64,000 bases of DNA, taken from NCBI GenBank assembly GCA_038883655.1, contig JAVZLQ010000001.1:327208-391207 (forward strand). The letters are read 5' to 3'. Below, piece by piece: positions 47,880 through 57,721 of the stretch. Below the pieces are notes generated by a model, which ran no database searches, was not told the origin of the DNA, and saw nothing but the letters and a program-made list of their open reading frames with translations. The position numbers and the translations under genes were made by a program. Numbering within the stretch: position 1 is the first letter of the stretch; each line of letters opens with the position of its first letter. The DNA is from Candidatus Bathyarchaeia archaeon. Lineage in GTDB: Archaea; Thermoproteota; Bathyarchaeia; Bathyarchaeales; Bathycorpusculaceae.

Positions 47880-50813
47880 TTAGAAGCCCTTTATGCGTTT
47901 TTCCCTGTCTTCCCAGAATTCTCTTGTTTTTAGAAATTGTATCTTCGCCTTTAGGAGGTCCATGTAAAACTCTTCTTCTTTAGGATGCATCTTCCCGAGA
48001 ATTCTCGAGGCTGTTTCTGGTCCTACACCTTTTACTTCTAGGGCTATCACAGCCCTTTTACCATAACTCAAAACCAAATCTGCTTTACGCCTTGCATGGG
48101 TTAATTCTCTTAACTCATCTTCTGTCAGCGTTTTACCTTCGCGCCTTTTCTTCAAGATTTCGCGTATTTGCCTCGCATCTTGATTCCGATAAAGAAGCGC
48201 CAAAAGTTTTGACTGGCATTTTTCGCATGTGGGACTTTCTGGCAAGTCCCTAACTTTCTTTTCAGTTGTCCATTCACCACACGCCATACACAAAAGCGTT
48301 ATTGTTCTGGCTTCTATTGCACGTCTCATCCTTTCGATGTTGCTTAATAAAACCTTCTCTGGCGCCATAAGCTCTGAAACATCCGCATACTTTGCGAGAA
48401 TGTGATATGCCACTGGCGTTGGCTTTTCACTGCGGTATAAAACGCTGACCTTAATTTTTCCGTCTCTAATTCCATGCATGATTTCCTTAACCTTTTCGAC
48501 ATCCACCTTTTCCAGCATAGCCTCACGCAAGGTTTCATCATAAATTGGCGTTCCAGCAAATCTTGATGGTAGTTGGCTTTGCCTTTCAGGACCCATGGTT
48601 TTTCCTCGCGGCAAAGCTCCAAATCTTTCGGCTACAAACTTCATTTTGTAGGCGAACGGGAACTTGGATTCCAAGTATTCGTTAAAGGCTTTGTTCACAT
48701 CCTCATCTGATAACGCAAAAAGCGTATGAGGCATTTTTTCAAGTTCCCGCTGGTTTAGTTCCCTAGGCATTTCTATCAGTATACGATAGCCATCATTCCA
48801 CCATCCAGTTATTAATTCCATGTCCGAAAGTATGGCGTCGAAGATTCCGCCCAGAGTGCTGTTAACAACTTCGCCAAAGCACGCGTGAACTATTAAATAT
48901 TTGTTGAAAGTTTCAATTAGAATGTGACTATCAGTTGGTAGCGGTGCTCCATCTTTTAAATGCTGTTCAACCTCACGAACAGCGCCAAGCAAAACGTCTT
49001 TATCCATTCCAAACTTTTCCGCAAGCCTTTCTGCCACAACTCCTGCATCACCCACTTCTTCAAGCAATCGTTTAATTTCTTCTCGAAGCTTACCAGTTTC
49101 CTGAGCAAGGTTAAATGGCACTGGAAGAAGTTCACCGTCCCATCCTGGAATTGCAGCCAAGGGGTCTTCTGATGGAACAACATAAACGGTTCCGGTTTCT
49201 TCTTCTATTTGGACTATGCGCCAAACTTTTCCTCTACAGATGAAGTTTAAGCCAACTCGGGCTCTTAGCGCCATGAACTCATCGCCTAAAGTGCCAATTT
49301 TTCTGTCAGTTATTATGTTAATTATTGGGTAGCGCCTTTCGTCCGGAATCATTGACAGATTCTCATAATAGTAACGCCTAGTCTTTCGCGTTCTCCTCAA
49401 AATCTTTCCTTCTTCCTCAAATCTTAATTCGCCCAAGCTTTCTAAAAAGCGTATCACATCCAAAAGGGTATTTTCCCTCAGATTACGGTAGGGATAAGCC
49501 CTGCGCACGATCTCTAAAACCTCTTTTACGGTCGCGGTTCCCTTATCCATCAGCAAGCCAGCAACCTGATGCGCCAAAACATCCAATGCGCATTCATGAA
49601 TCATAACTGGCTCAACTTTCCCCTCATAAGCGCTTTTAACGGCGGCAATCGACTCTAAAGTGTCGTCTGGAAAAGCCGTAATTATTGTGCCCTTTGAAAG
49701 CATGTCTAGGCGGTGTCCGCTGCGTCCAACTCTTTGGATTAGACTGCTTACTTGTCTGGGTGAAAGGTACTGTATGACTATGTCAACTGTGCCGATGTCT
49801 ATGCCTAACTCTAATGTGCTTGTGCAGATTATTGCCTTCAAAACTCCATTCTTAAAGTCATCCTCCATCTGAGTGCGCTCCTCCTTGGATAAAGAACCGT
49901 GATGAACGGCGATGTCAGCCCTTCCAAGCTGGCTAAACTTGTGCCCAAGCATCTCGGCATTCGTCCTGCTATTAACAAAGATTAGCGTTGACTTGTGGGT
50001 GTCAATAAGCTCGGCTAAACGTCTTATCCTCGCTGCTGCTTCGGGTGAAGTCCCAAGCTTCTCAGCCAAATCGTAGTCAGCGACTGCCGGCTCAGGCTTT
50101 TCTACATTATACTTGTAGCCTTTGGGCAGAACGGATTGAATAATCTTTATTTTCCTATTTGTTCCAGCTATGAAGCTTGCAACTTCGCTTGGATTGCCCA
50201 CAGTTGCAGACAAGCCTATCCTTTGGAAATCTTTTTCAACAATCTCGCGGAGTCGCTCTAAAGCCATAGTAAGCTGCACTCCGCGTTTGCTAGAAGCCAA
50301 ATCATGAACTTCATCAATAATGACGTATTGAACATTGCTTAGGTGTCGCCTCATCCTTGAGCCTGGAAGAATTGCTTGAAGTGTTTCGGGCGTTGTAACG
50401 AGCATCTGTGGTGGAAAGACAGCTTGCTTCCTTCGGAGTTTCAGTTCGGTGTCGCCGTGTCTAACCTCAACTGTTATGCTCAAACGGTCAGCCCAAAATC
50501 TTAGGCGCTTGAGCAAGTCGCGGTTTAAAGCCCTCAATGGCGTAACGTAAATTATCCTTATACCGTCTTTCGATTCGCCTTGAATAAGTTTCGAGAAGAT
50601 GGGCAGAAGAACAGCCTCGGTCTTGCCAGTTCCAGTTGGCGCAATCAGAAGCATGTTATCTCCTGCTAAAACTGGCGGAATAGCCAAAACCTGAGGCAAA
50701 GTGGGCTTAAAAAACCCAAGCTCAGCCAACCCGTCACGGACTGGTTCAGCAAGAAGACTGAAAACATTAAGTTCTAATGCATTTTTCATTGTTGGGCGTC
50801 GCCAGATGTTCAA
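47880..50813 (-). CDS. lhr: Lhr-like SF2 helicase
   Basis: APTGTGKTEA, TTPE, DEVH, GLSATVG, HHGSLS, STLELGID and QRVGRSGH motifs; C-terminal CxxC..CxxC and HhH. Confidence 0.92.
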   Translation of the reverse strand: MNIWRRPTMKNALELNVFSLLAEPVRDGLAELGFFKPTLPQVLAIPPVLAGDNMLLIAPTGTGKTEAVLLPIFSKLIQGESKDGIRIIYVTPLRALNRDLLKRLRFWADRLSITVEVRHGDTELKLRRKQAVFPPQMLVTTPETLQAILPGSRMRRHLSNVQYVIIDEVHDLASSKRGVQLTMALERLREIVEKDFQRIGLSATVGNPSEVASFIAGTNRKIKIIQSVLPKGYKYNVEKPEPAVADYDLAEKLGTSPEAAARIRRLAELIDTHKSTLIFVNSRTNAEMLGHKFSQLGRADIAVHHGSLSKEERTQMEDDFKNGVLKAIICTSTLELGIDIGTVDIVIQYLSPRQVSSLIQRVGRSGHRLDMLSKGTIITAFPDDTLESIAAVKSAYEGKVEPVMIHECALDVLAHQVAGLLMDKGTATVKEVLEIVRRAYPYRNLRENTLLDVIRFLESLGELRFEEEGKILRRTRKTRRYYYENLSMIPDERRYPIINIITDRKIGTLGDEFMALRARVGLNFICRGKVWRIVQIEEETGTVYVVPSEDPLAAIPGWDGELLPVPFNLAQETGKLREEIKRLLEEVGDAGVVAERLAEKFGMDKDVLLGAVREVEQHLKDGAPLPTDSHILIETFNKYLIVHACFGEVVNSTLGGIFDAILSDMELITGWWNDGYRILIEMPRELNQRELEKMPHTLFALSDEDVNKAFNEYLESKFPFAYKMKFVAERFGALPRGKTMGPERQSQLPSRFAGTPIYDETLREAMLEKVDVEKVKEIMHGIRDGKIKVSVLYRSEKPTPVAYHILAKYADVSELMAPEKVLLSNIERMRRAIEARTITLLCMACGEWTTEKKVRDLPESPTCEKCQSKLLALLYRNQDARQIREILKKRREGKTLTEDELRELTHARRKADLVLSYGKRAVIALEVKGVGPETASRILGKMHPKEEEFYMDLLKAKIQFLKTREFWEDREKRIKGF

Positions 50814-50902
50814 ATGATGAGAACTGCACTTATCTTTTACTAAATTCGAGAGAAATAATAAATTAGATGTACGCTTATTAACTTTAGTTTAGGAAATAAT
50901 TC

Positions 50903-51536
50903 ATGAGCGAATGGAATAGAATATTACTTCTTGAAGAGTACAGTTCAGAACAACCAGCCGAAATAGTTGCAAATATCGTTAAGCTGCTAAAAAAGCGGGA
51001 AAATGCAAAGGTTCTTGATTTAGGCTGCGGTGCTGGAAGAAACATGCTATACGTGGCTGCTCAAGGATTCGAAACTTATGGTTTAGATATATCAGAAACT
51101 GGGCTAAAAGAGACTAGGGAGCGGCTTGAAAAACGGCGTTTAGAAGGCTTTTCTAGTAAAAGGTGACATGAAAATGTTACCTTTCATTGACTCTTGTTTT
51201 AATGCCATAATATGCCTAAACACTATTTATCATCAAAGGCTAAGGGAAATTAAACAAACAATCCTAGAAGTTCATAGAACTCTTAATAAAAAGGGCCTTT
51301 TTCTTGTTAACTTTCACACTAAAAGAAGCCATAGATACGGTATGGGTATCAAAGTTGAAGAAAACACGTTTATGAACGAGAATGGACCAGAGAAGGGCGT
51401 TCTCCACCATTTCACAGATGAAAACGAACTTACGCGAATTCTACAAAACTTTAAAATAATTAAAAGGCGCCTGAACGAGCGAAAAAAGAAAGATTATTTG
51501 ATGAGTCGCTTGGAAATTTTGGCAGAAAAGCCCTAG
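50903..51536 (+). pseudogene. SAM-dependent methyltransferase split by a single-base frameshift
   Basis: The first ORF has LDLGCGAGR; removing one T from TTTT at 51149-51152 gives ...GFLVKGDMKMLPF..., joining the second ORF. Confidence 0.75.
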
Positions 51537-52111
51537 ACACTTTCCTGAAGGGCGCCCGCCCTCCTTATGGCCTCTTGTAGTATCTTTTGAACCTCATATG
51601 GGTTTCTTACAGCCTTAAAAGCTGGGCGCACTATTGGGTTGTATGGGCTTGGAGCGCCGACTGGAACGTAACCAGCAGTCACAGCAATTATTGAGCCTGT
51701 ACCGTAAATTTTGTCCAACCAGCTAACCGTCACGTACACTTCTTGAATTTTGTTAAGCTCAACGAATCGCGTATCTATTCCTATAGCACCTGTCTGCGTT
51801 ATTATGCGTTGGTCGGTGATCATGTACTCCGTGTTGCCGTATCTCAAATATTCGACGAACAGTGGAATCATGATTATGAAGAAAACTATCAAAATAAAGA
51901 AGCTAAAGAACAAAAATGGAAATGGTCCTGCACCAGCTGAAAGAGCGGATATGATGAAGAACATTGCAAAAATCATCCATACGACTGCGATAACCGGAAT
52001 CATGATGAGTCCAGACAATATGAACGGCATCAGAACTGGTCTTTCGCTCCACAAAACCTTTTCATCTGGATACAAATGTCTGCTTAACCGCGACATGGTT
52101 GAATTCTCCAA
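51533..52111 (-). CDS. Membrane protein with bacterial PH (bPH_2) domain
   Basis: L.PDE.VLW, two TM helices, EYMITDQRII...G and G.GSI motifs. Confidence 0.8.
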   Translation of the reverse strand: MENSTMSRLSRHLYPDEKVLWSERPVLMPFILSGLIMIPVIAVVWMIFAMFFIISALSAGAGPFPFLFFSFFILIVFFIIMIPLFVEYLRYGNTEYMITDQRIITQTGAIGIDTRFVELNKIQEVYVTVSWLDKIYGTGSIIAVTAGYVPVGAPSPYNPIVRPAFKAVRNPYEVQKILQEAIRRAGALQESV

Positions 52112-52136
52112 AACTATTAAACATCGATATCCCTAT

Positions 52137-52931
52137 TTAGAATTTACATCGCTGTTTGAAAGACAAAGTCGTTTTCAAGCTTCCTTCCTCGCCATATAGA
52201 ATTGAGGCATACTCTTTAAACTTTCCCTCATCGAGGATGTCATTAAACTCTTCTATTAGGGGTTCTTTCCTAGAGCAGAAGACGAGTTCTCCAACATGAT
52301 TTTGCCATATTGTTAGACCCCTTGTCTTTCCTTTGTGGATAAAGTGCAGCAGTAAAAGGTTCTTTTCAATTTGCAAGATACTAACAGTGTTTGGTCCTTC
52401 TAACAGTTGGAAGAGTGTTTCAACTGCCGTGTTCGGGTCATGTTTCTCTGCCAAGAGCTCTTCAAATAGATGCGGGATGACCTCAGAGTCAATTAGCTCT
52501 ATTTTTTCTGATTCAAAGATATGTCTTGTGCCGATCTTCTTCCTTAAGGCTCTATAATTTGTCACATTTCCGTTATGGGCTGAAATTAATGTTAAACCAT
52601 TAAAACATCGTGTAACGTAGGGCTGTGCTGTTTCCCTAAACTTAGCAGTTTCCATAAATTGTGGGCTTGGCATGCGCACATGCCCAACCAAAACACGCGC
52701 CGCGTCAACCCTAAAAATTTGGGACAAACGCTCAACCGGAGAACCATCAACATCTCCAATTTTCTCTAGCAAAACATTACCATTACTGCTTACAATAGCT
52801 ATACCCGCGCCAAAGCCACCTAAAGGTTTTGGTTCATGCGGATACTGATGAACCTCCAGTTTCGCGAGAACCCTAAAAATTTTAACAATTGGAACCGACT
52901 TATTCAGTGCAAATCCAAATATGCCACACAT
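52137..52931 (-). CDS. Class II glutamine amidotransferase / Ntn hydrolase (start corrected to MCGIFG)
   Basis: N-terminal Cys nucleophile; GHVR, AQP, AHNG and DSE motifs. Confidence 0.85.
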   Translation of the reverse strand: MCGIFGFALNKSVPIVKIFRVLAKLEVHQYPHEPKPLGGFGAGIAIVSSNGNVLLEKIGDVDGSPVERLSQIFRVDAARVLVGHVRMPSPQFMETAKFRETAQPYVTRCFNGLTLISAHNGNVTNYRALRKKIGTRHIFESEKIELIDSEVIPHLFEELLAEKHDPNTAVETLFQLLEGPNTVSILQIEKNLLLLHFIHKGKTRGLTIWQNHVGELVFCSRKEPLIEEFNDILDEGKFKEYASILYGEEGSLKTTLSFKQRCKF

Positions 52932-52983
52932 TTCTAACAAATTCACTGTAAATGTAATATTTTAGAGTTAACTAGTTTAGATA

Positions 52984-53054
52984 TTGGACAATGAGGAAAT
53001 CGAGGTACGCTGACGCTGGTGGCGGGTGATTGCTTTTTCCGCTCCTGAGTCCAA
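52984..53054 (+). ncRNA. Box C/D methylation guide sRNA
   Basis: TTGGAC stem - C box ATGAGGA - guide AATCGAGGTACG - D' CTGA - spacer - C' GTGATTG - guide CTTTTTCCGCTC - D CTGA - GTCCAA stem. Confidence 0.85.
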
Positions 53055-53103
53055 AACAGAGCCAAAACTAAATTTTGCACGAGAGAAAGGGGAAGGAGAA
53101 AGT

Positions 53104-53322
53104 TTACCTCTCTGAAGGCCCCGTTATGTAGGCCCAAACACTGACGAGCACAAGCGTTAAAACCGCGCCTGCAAGTCCTGATAGAAGGTATCTTGCATTG
53201 AGGAATGCTGGCAGTATGGCTGTGAGTGCTGGTATAACGTATGTTGCCGTTAGATCCGCGATCACTCCAGCGATGAAGCCTAAGACTGCTACTAACCCGA
53301 ATACCTTAAGTCTTTCACCCAT
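53104..53322 (-). CDS. Small two-TM membrane protein divergent from the cdv operon
   Basis: AGGTGA SD; two Gly/Ala-rich helices. Confidence 0.7.
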   Translation of the reverse strand: MGERLKVFGLVAVLGFIAGVIADLTATYVIPALTAILPAFLNARYLLSGLAGAVLTLVLVSVWAYITGPSER

Positions 53323-53548
53323 TCGTCTTCACCTTTGCTTAAAATCAATTTAAGCCTCTTTTTAGTTTAACTTACACATTTTTGTCTATTACCGGAAAAC
53401 AGTCAACATATCCTTTAATCTGGAAAATTAAAGCCTAAAAACGATTTTGCTTTGACATATAGCTCTACGTATATACATGCATGTTTCCACCATATTAAAA
53501 ATGTATAAGACATCTACACGCACCCTCTCTCTTTTCGGAGGAATAAGC

Positions 53549-54211
53549 TTGTCTGAACGGTTTAGTAGAAAATGGGAAAGCAGGAAAGACGACCAGCCAC
53601 TCGCAAATCGCATCAAAGAAGCCGTAAGACCGCCAGGTCCATTAAAGCCACGCTTGGACTTCGCTGTTAGGCGTATTGAACTCCAAATTCAGAAGCTTGA
53701 TCAGGCAACAGAGAGGTTTAGCCAGAGGGACAAGGCAATATTCGCAAGGATAGTTGACGCTTATACTAAGCATGACACTGCACGCGCAAACGTGTTCGCA
53801 AATGAACTGGCAGAAATACGTAAAATGGAAAGGCTCATTATGAATGCGAGACTTGCACTTGAACAAATAGTGTTAAGATTACGAACAGTATCAGAACTTG
53901 GAGATGTCGTATCAACACTTGGACCAGCAATAGGTGTTTTAAGATCTGTAAGAACTGGACTTGCAAGCGTTTTCCCAGAGGCAGAGAATGAGCTGGGCGA
54001 AATAGGAAACTTGCTAAGTGGCATAATGATAGAGGCTGGACAAAGTTCAGGGATGACACTTAACTTTGACGCTGTGAACGAGGATGCACAGAAAATCCTC
54101 ACAGAAGCTGCAACAGTTGCAGAGCAGAGAATCAAGGAGAAGTTCCCAGAGCTGCCGCCTGGAATACCCACAGTTCCATTAGGAGAAAAGCAGCCTACAG
54201 AGACATCTTAA
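53549..54211 (+). CDS. ESCRT-III/Snf7-family CdvB paralog (start corrected to TTG 53549)
   Basis: RA...ANELAEIRK, LEQIVLRLRTV.ELGD, Pro-rich tail; GGAGG SD before the TTG. Confidence 0.88.
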   Translation: MSERFSRKWESRKDDQPLANRIKEAVRPPGPLKPRLDFAVRRIELQIQKLDQATERFSQRDKAIFARIVDAYTKHDTARANVFANELAEIRKMERLIMNARLALEQIVLRLRTVSELGDVVSTLGPAIGVLRSVRTGLASVFPEAENELGEIGNLLSGIMIEAGQSSGMTLNFDAVNEDAQKILTEAATVAEQRIKEKFPELPPGIPTVPLGEKQPTETS

Positions 54212-54222
54212 AACAGGGAGGG

Positions 54223-54945
54223 TTGAACATGTCACAAAACCCCAATTTCTTTCTTTCAATTGGAAAGCCGGTCAAGGATGAATATGGGCGTGTAGTTGGC
54301 AAAGTAGCTTCTTTTGCCTTAACTCCGAGTGGAAAGTTTGACGCTGTCTACATTGAACTTGGCGATGGCAAATTCTTGAAAAATTCCGTTGAATATTTGA
54401 GGTTTGACGGCGATAACGTTACATTGATATCCAAAATTAAATTGAGAACGAATGTTCTCTGCGATCAGATTCCATTAATATGGCGCAAGGACCAAGCGCT
54501 TAAAGAGTTATCTGAAAAAAAGAAAATTTCAGAGGAGCTCTATCAAGAACTTCACAGCAACTTCGATGGCGCATTAAACCAACTTAAGGGTGAAGCACAA
54601 TCATTGATAAATGAAATTGACAGAGAAATTGCCAAGTGCATCAACGCGACGAGAGAGCTAAATTATGCGCTTGTAAATCTTGAAATTGAACATGAAATAG
54701 GACAAATTGACGATCAATCCTATAGCACAGCGTTCTCGCTGATACAGGAGAATTTGCGGAGAGTAAACACTGAAAAAAGCGATTTGGAGCAGATGAAAAA
54801 TAAGCTTTCAAATATTGTGCTCGGAGAAAACCTAAATCCAAAACTCGAAGAGCCCGCGAAGCCTAGCGTAACGGAAACCTCACCCGAGCTGCCAGAGCCG
54901 CCAGTTGTTGTTTACGTGAAGGAAATTGGAAAAGTGGGGATGTAA
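54223..54945 (+). CDS. cdvA: Cell division protein CdvA
   Basis: N-terminal PRC barrel (IGKPVKDEYGR.VG), coiled coil, C-terminal PPVVVYV strand; lies between ESCRT-III genes. Confidence 0.85.
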   Translation: MNMSQNPNFFLSIGKPVKDEYGRVVGKVASFALTPSGKFDAVYIELGDGKFLKNSVEYLRFDGDNVTLISKIKLRTNVLCDQIPLIWRKDQALKELSEKKKISEELYQELHSNFDGALNQLKGEAQSLINEIDREIAKCINATRELNYALVNLEIEHEIGQIDDQSYSTAFSLIQENLRRVNTEKSDLEQMKNKLSNIVLGENLNPKLEEPAKPSVTETSPELPEPPVVVYVKEIGKVGM

Positions 54946-54991
54946 ATAATTAGAGGGAAGGCGGGCGGAGGGAAAAGCGATTAGAGGATTT

Positions 54992-55867
54992 ATGCGTCCA
55001 AGCCCTCCACTCCGCGAAGTAATCGTTAAGTCAATACAAACTCTTAAAGTTCAACATGGAAAACTTCAACATGCAAGTTTTAGACTTAAAGAGCGGGACA
55101 GAATACTTTTCCAGACATGCGTTAATGCCTTAAACAATAATAATAGGGAAAGAGCTGCAATCTGTGCTAACGAGATTGCTGAGGTTCGAAAGCTTCTGAG
55201 GTTCCTTTATAATGTGGAATTGGCTATTGAACGTGTCATCCTTAGACTTGAAACTATAAGGGAGTTAAGCGACATAGTTATCGATTTAAAACCAGCTTTA
55301 AAAATTCTCCAAAGTGTTTCGCAGCAGCTTTTTGAGTTACTGCCCGACGTTAGCGCTGAGTTGAATAGGGTCAGCGAAGAAATAAACGAAACGCTCCATT
55401 CAACACGCATAACTGCAGACGAATCTATAATACCAGTAAACATAAAGACGCCTGAAGGCGAAGAGGTGCTGAAAGAAGTTGCTGGTTTCTTAGAGAGGAA
55501 GATTGCGGAGAAGCTCCCTGAACCGCCCGCAACCCTTGAAATCCCGCAAAAAGAGGAAACTGCATTAAAACAGCTTGTCGCTTTGTCAGCTAGTTGCTCG
55601 CAAGCTTTAAGCCAAGAGAATGTTGAAGAGGCGAATAAGAACTCTTCTACCCTCCTTTCTTTTAGAAAAGCTGAGATTCAAGAAATTTCCCTTAAAGTTG
55701 AGAACTCGTCCTTGGAAGATTTGCTTCTTGAATATATTAAGAAGTGTAATGGTGAAATCGATATGAGAAGATGCTCTGTTGACTTGAAGGCTTCACGCGA
55801 AGAAATTGAGAAGGCTCTTGAAAGTTTGGGTTCAAAGGGTAAGATCAAGATTGAGTTGAAGGCTTAG
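54992..55867 (+). CDS. cdvB: ESCRT-III CdvB with C-terminal winged helix
   Basis: Snf7 core, MIM2-like LPEPP, and C-terminal LLEYIKKCNGEID...IEKALESL..KG.I winged helix. Confidence 0.85.
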   Translation: MRPSPPLREVIVKSIQTLKVQHGKLQHASFRLKERDRILFQTCVNALNNNNRERAAICANEIAEVRKLLRFLYNVELAIERVILRLETIRELSDIVIDLKPALKILQSVSQQLFELLPDVSAELNRVSEEINETLHSTRITADESIIPVNIKTPEGEEVLKEVAGFLERKIAEKLPEPPATLEIPQKEETALKQLVALSASCSQALSQENVEEANKNSSTLLSFRKAEIQEISLKVENSSLEDLLLEYIKKCNGEIDMRRCSVDLKASREEIEKALESLGSKGKIKIELKA

Positions 55868-55884
55868 AGGTTGAGGGGAGAATT

Positions 55885-57045
55885 ATGAGCGCCTCTCAGG
55901 AACTTGAGAAGAACGCAACCGCGTATGCGTTGGAAGCGGTTAGGCTTGACAAGCAAGGTTCAAAGGGTATGGCAATAACAATGTATCAGAAGGCAATTGA
56001 AAGCCTTCTAAAGCTTGTTCAGCTTTACCCCGAATACAGCCTAAACAAGATTTACATACAAAGGGCAATAGCCTACCAGGAAAGGATAAAAGCGCTTCAA
56101 GGCGCAGTTGCACCAATTCAACCGCAAGAAGAGAAAGGTGCCGAAGGCGCAAAAACAATAGAAGAGGGGAAATCAAGTTACGAAGAGCTTGTCATCACAG
56201 AAAAGCCAAACGTGAAATGGGATGAAGTTGTTGGACTTGAAAGCGCAAAGAAAGCAGTAAAAGAGGCAATAGTCTATCCAGTTCAGAGGCCAGACTTGTT
56301 CCCGCTTGGATGGCCTAGGGGAATCCTGCTATTTGGTCCTCCTGGTTGTGGGAAAACTTTGTTGGCTGCGGCTGTTGCCACGGAGATAGATGCAACTTTC
56401 ATCTCTATTGATGCTGCTTCTATAATGTCGAAATGGCTTGGCGAGGCTGAGCAGAACGTTGCCAAGCTTTTTAATTCCGCTAGGAGGTCAGCTAACAACG
56501 GGAAGCCAGCAATAGTCTTTATTGACGAGTTAGATTCTTTGATGGGCAAGCACTCGAACGAAGTTGGGGGAGAGGTCCGCGTCAGAAATCAATTCCTAAA
56601 GGAGATGGATGGCATCGTTGACAAAGGCAAGAAACTTCATGTTTACGTTATCGGCGCAACAAACAAGCCTTGGGATCTGGACTGGGCTTTCATAAGAAGA
56701 TTTCAGAAAAGAATCCTCGTGCCTCTTCCGGACCACCACACACGCTTAATGATGTTTAAGCTTTACACAAACAATCTGAGGCTAGCAGAAGATGTTGACT
56801 TGCATGAGTTGGCTAGGCTTTCTGAAGGTTTTTCTGGAAGTGACATAAGGGACGTTTGCCAAGCAGCCCAGCTGAAAGTTATAGGAGAATTTTTCGAGTC
56901 TGGTCAAGCAATTAACAAACAAGCAAAGCCTAGACTTTTAACGATGGATGATTTTAGGCAAATATTGGAGGATAGAAAGCCAAGCGTATCCCTCGAAATG
57001 CTGGGCTTATATAACAGGTGGTTTGAGGCTTTCAAGGCGCTTTAA
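55885..57045 (+). CDS. cdvC: Vps4-like AAA ATPase CdvC
   Basis: N-terminal MIT domain; GPPGCGKT, SKWLGE, FIDELD and ATNKPW.LD motifs. Confidence 0.93.
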   Translation: MSASQELEKNATAYALEAVRLDKQGSKGMAITMYQKAIESLLKLVQLYPEYSLNKIYIQRAIAYQERIKALQGAVAPIQPQEEKGAEGAKTIEEGKSSYEELVITEKPNVKWDEVVGLESAKKAVKEAIVYPVQRPDLFPLGWPRGILLFGPPGCGKTLLAAAVATEIDATFISIDAASIMSKWLGEAEQNVAKLFNSARRSANNGKPAIVFIDELDSLMGKHSNEVGGEVRVRNQFLKEMDGIVDKGKKLHVYVIGATNKPWDLDWAFIRRFQKRILVPLPDHHTRLMMFKLYTNNLRLAEDVDLHELARLSEGFSGSDIRDVCQAAQLKVIGEFFESGQAINKQAKPRLLTMDDFRQILEDRKPSVSLEMLGLYNRWFEAFKAL

Positions 57046-57048
57046 TGG

Positions 57049-57181
57049 GAGGGCTTTGTAAATTGGATGTTGGGTGGAAAGGTTTAGAGTTTTTTGTTCT
57101 TATTTTTATTGCAACTCTCCTTTCTCCCCTCCAACAAAATCTCTAAACCTCCACAAACCAACACACTTTCGCAAAGCCCTC
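57049..57181. repeat. ~50-bp imperfect inverted repeat (foldback) between convergent cdvC and mobB
   Basis: Left arm GAGGGCTTTG..TGTTGG.GTGGA.AGGTTTAGAG.TTTTGTT (57049-57098) matches the reverse complement of 57133-57181. Confidence 0.75.
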
Positions 57182-57707
57182 AAAAACACTTTTTTGCTGC
57201 GGCCTCTGCAATATCTGCAATTTTTTCTGGATTTTTAAACACGTCAATATATGGGCTTTCCAGTTGTAGGTTTTGGGGAGAGTAAGGTCCAGTAAAAGCG
57301 ATTATTGGGCTAAAAATCTTTTGAGCCGCTAAAACTTCTTCCATCGATTTGACGGTTACAATTTTTGGTATAGCCCTATTTTTGCCTACAAGTTTTCTGA
57401 AACCCTCTATTAGGACAAAGTCGTGGTCTTTGCACTTTTGTAAAAGCTCATCTAACGTGAAATTTTCATTCTTTTCAATTGTTGCTATTTCATTTGAGGC
57501 AACGCTAATTATTGTCTTTGCCCCCGCTTTTGCAAATCGCCAAGTGTCTTTTCCAGCGGCGTCTATTGTGAAGTTTGGTTCTGGAATGTGCTTTATAGCC
57601 GCTACCTTGTAGCCTCTTTTCGCGAGTTCTCTTGTCAAGGCTTCTATTGTCGTTGTTTTCCCTGAGCTTTTGCTTCCAACGACCGCAATGACTACTGGCT
57701 TCTTCAT
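57180..57707 (-). CDS. mobB: Molybdopterin-guanine dinucleotide biosynthesis protein B
   Basis: VVGSKSSGKTT, IKH, GKDTWRF..AGA and LIEGF motifs. Confidence 0.9.
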   Translation of the reverse strand: MKKPVVIAVVGSKSSGKTTTIEALTRELAKRGYKVAAIKHIPEPNFTIDAAGKDTWRFAKAGAKTIISVASNEIATIEKNENFTLDELLQKCKDHDFVLIEGFRKLVGKNRAIPKIVTVKSMEEVLAAQKIFSPIIAFTGPYSPQNLQLESPYIDVFKNPEKIADIAEAAAKKCF

Positions 57708-57721
57708 TCTGTTTTCTTCAC

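Noticed and set aside
52943-53137. 64-aa minus-strand ORF
   Set aside because: Overlaps the C/D sRNA on the opposite strand and the neighbouring genes; the sRNA explains the sequence better
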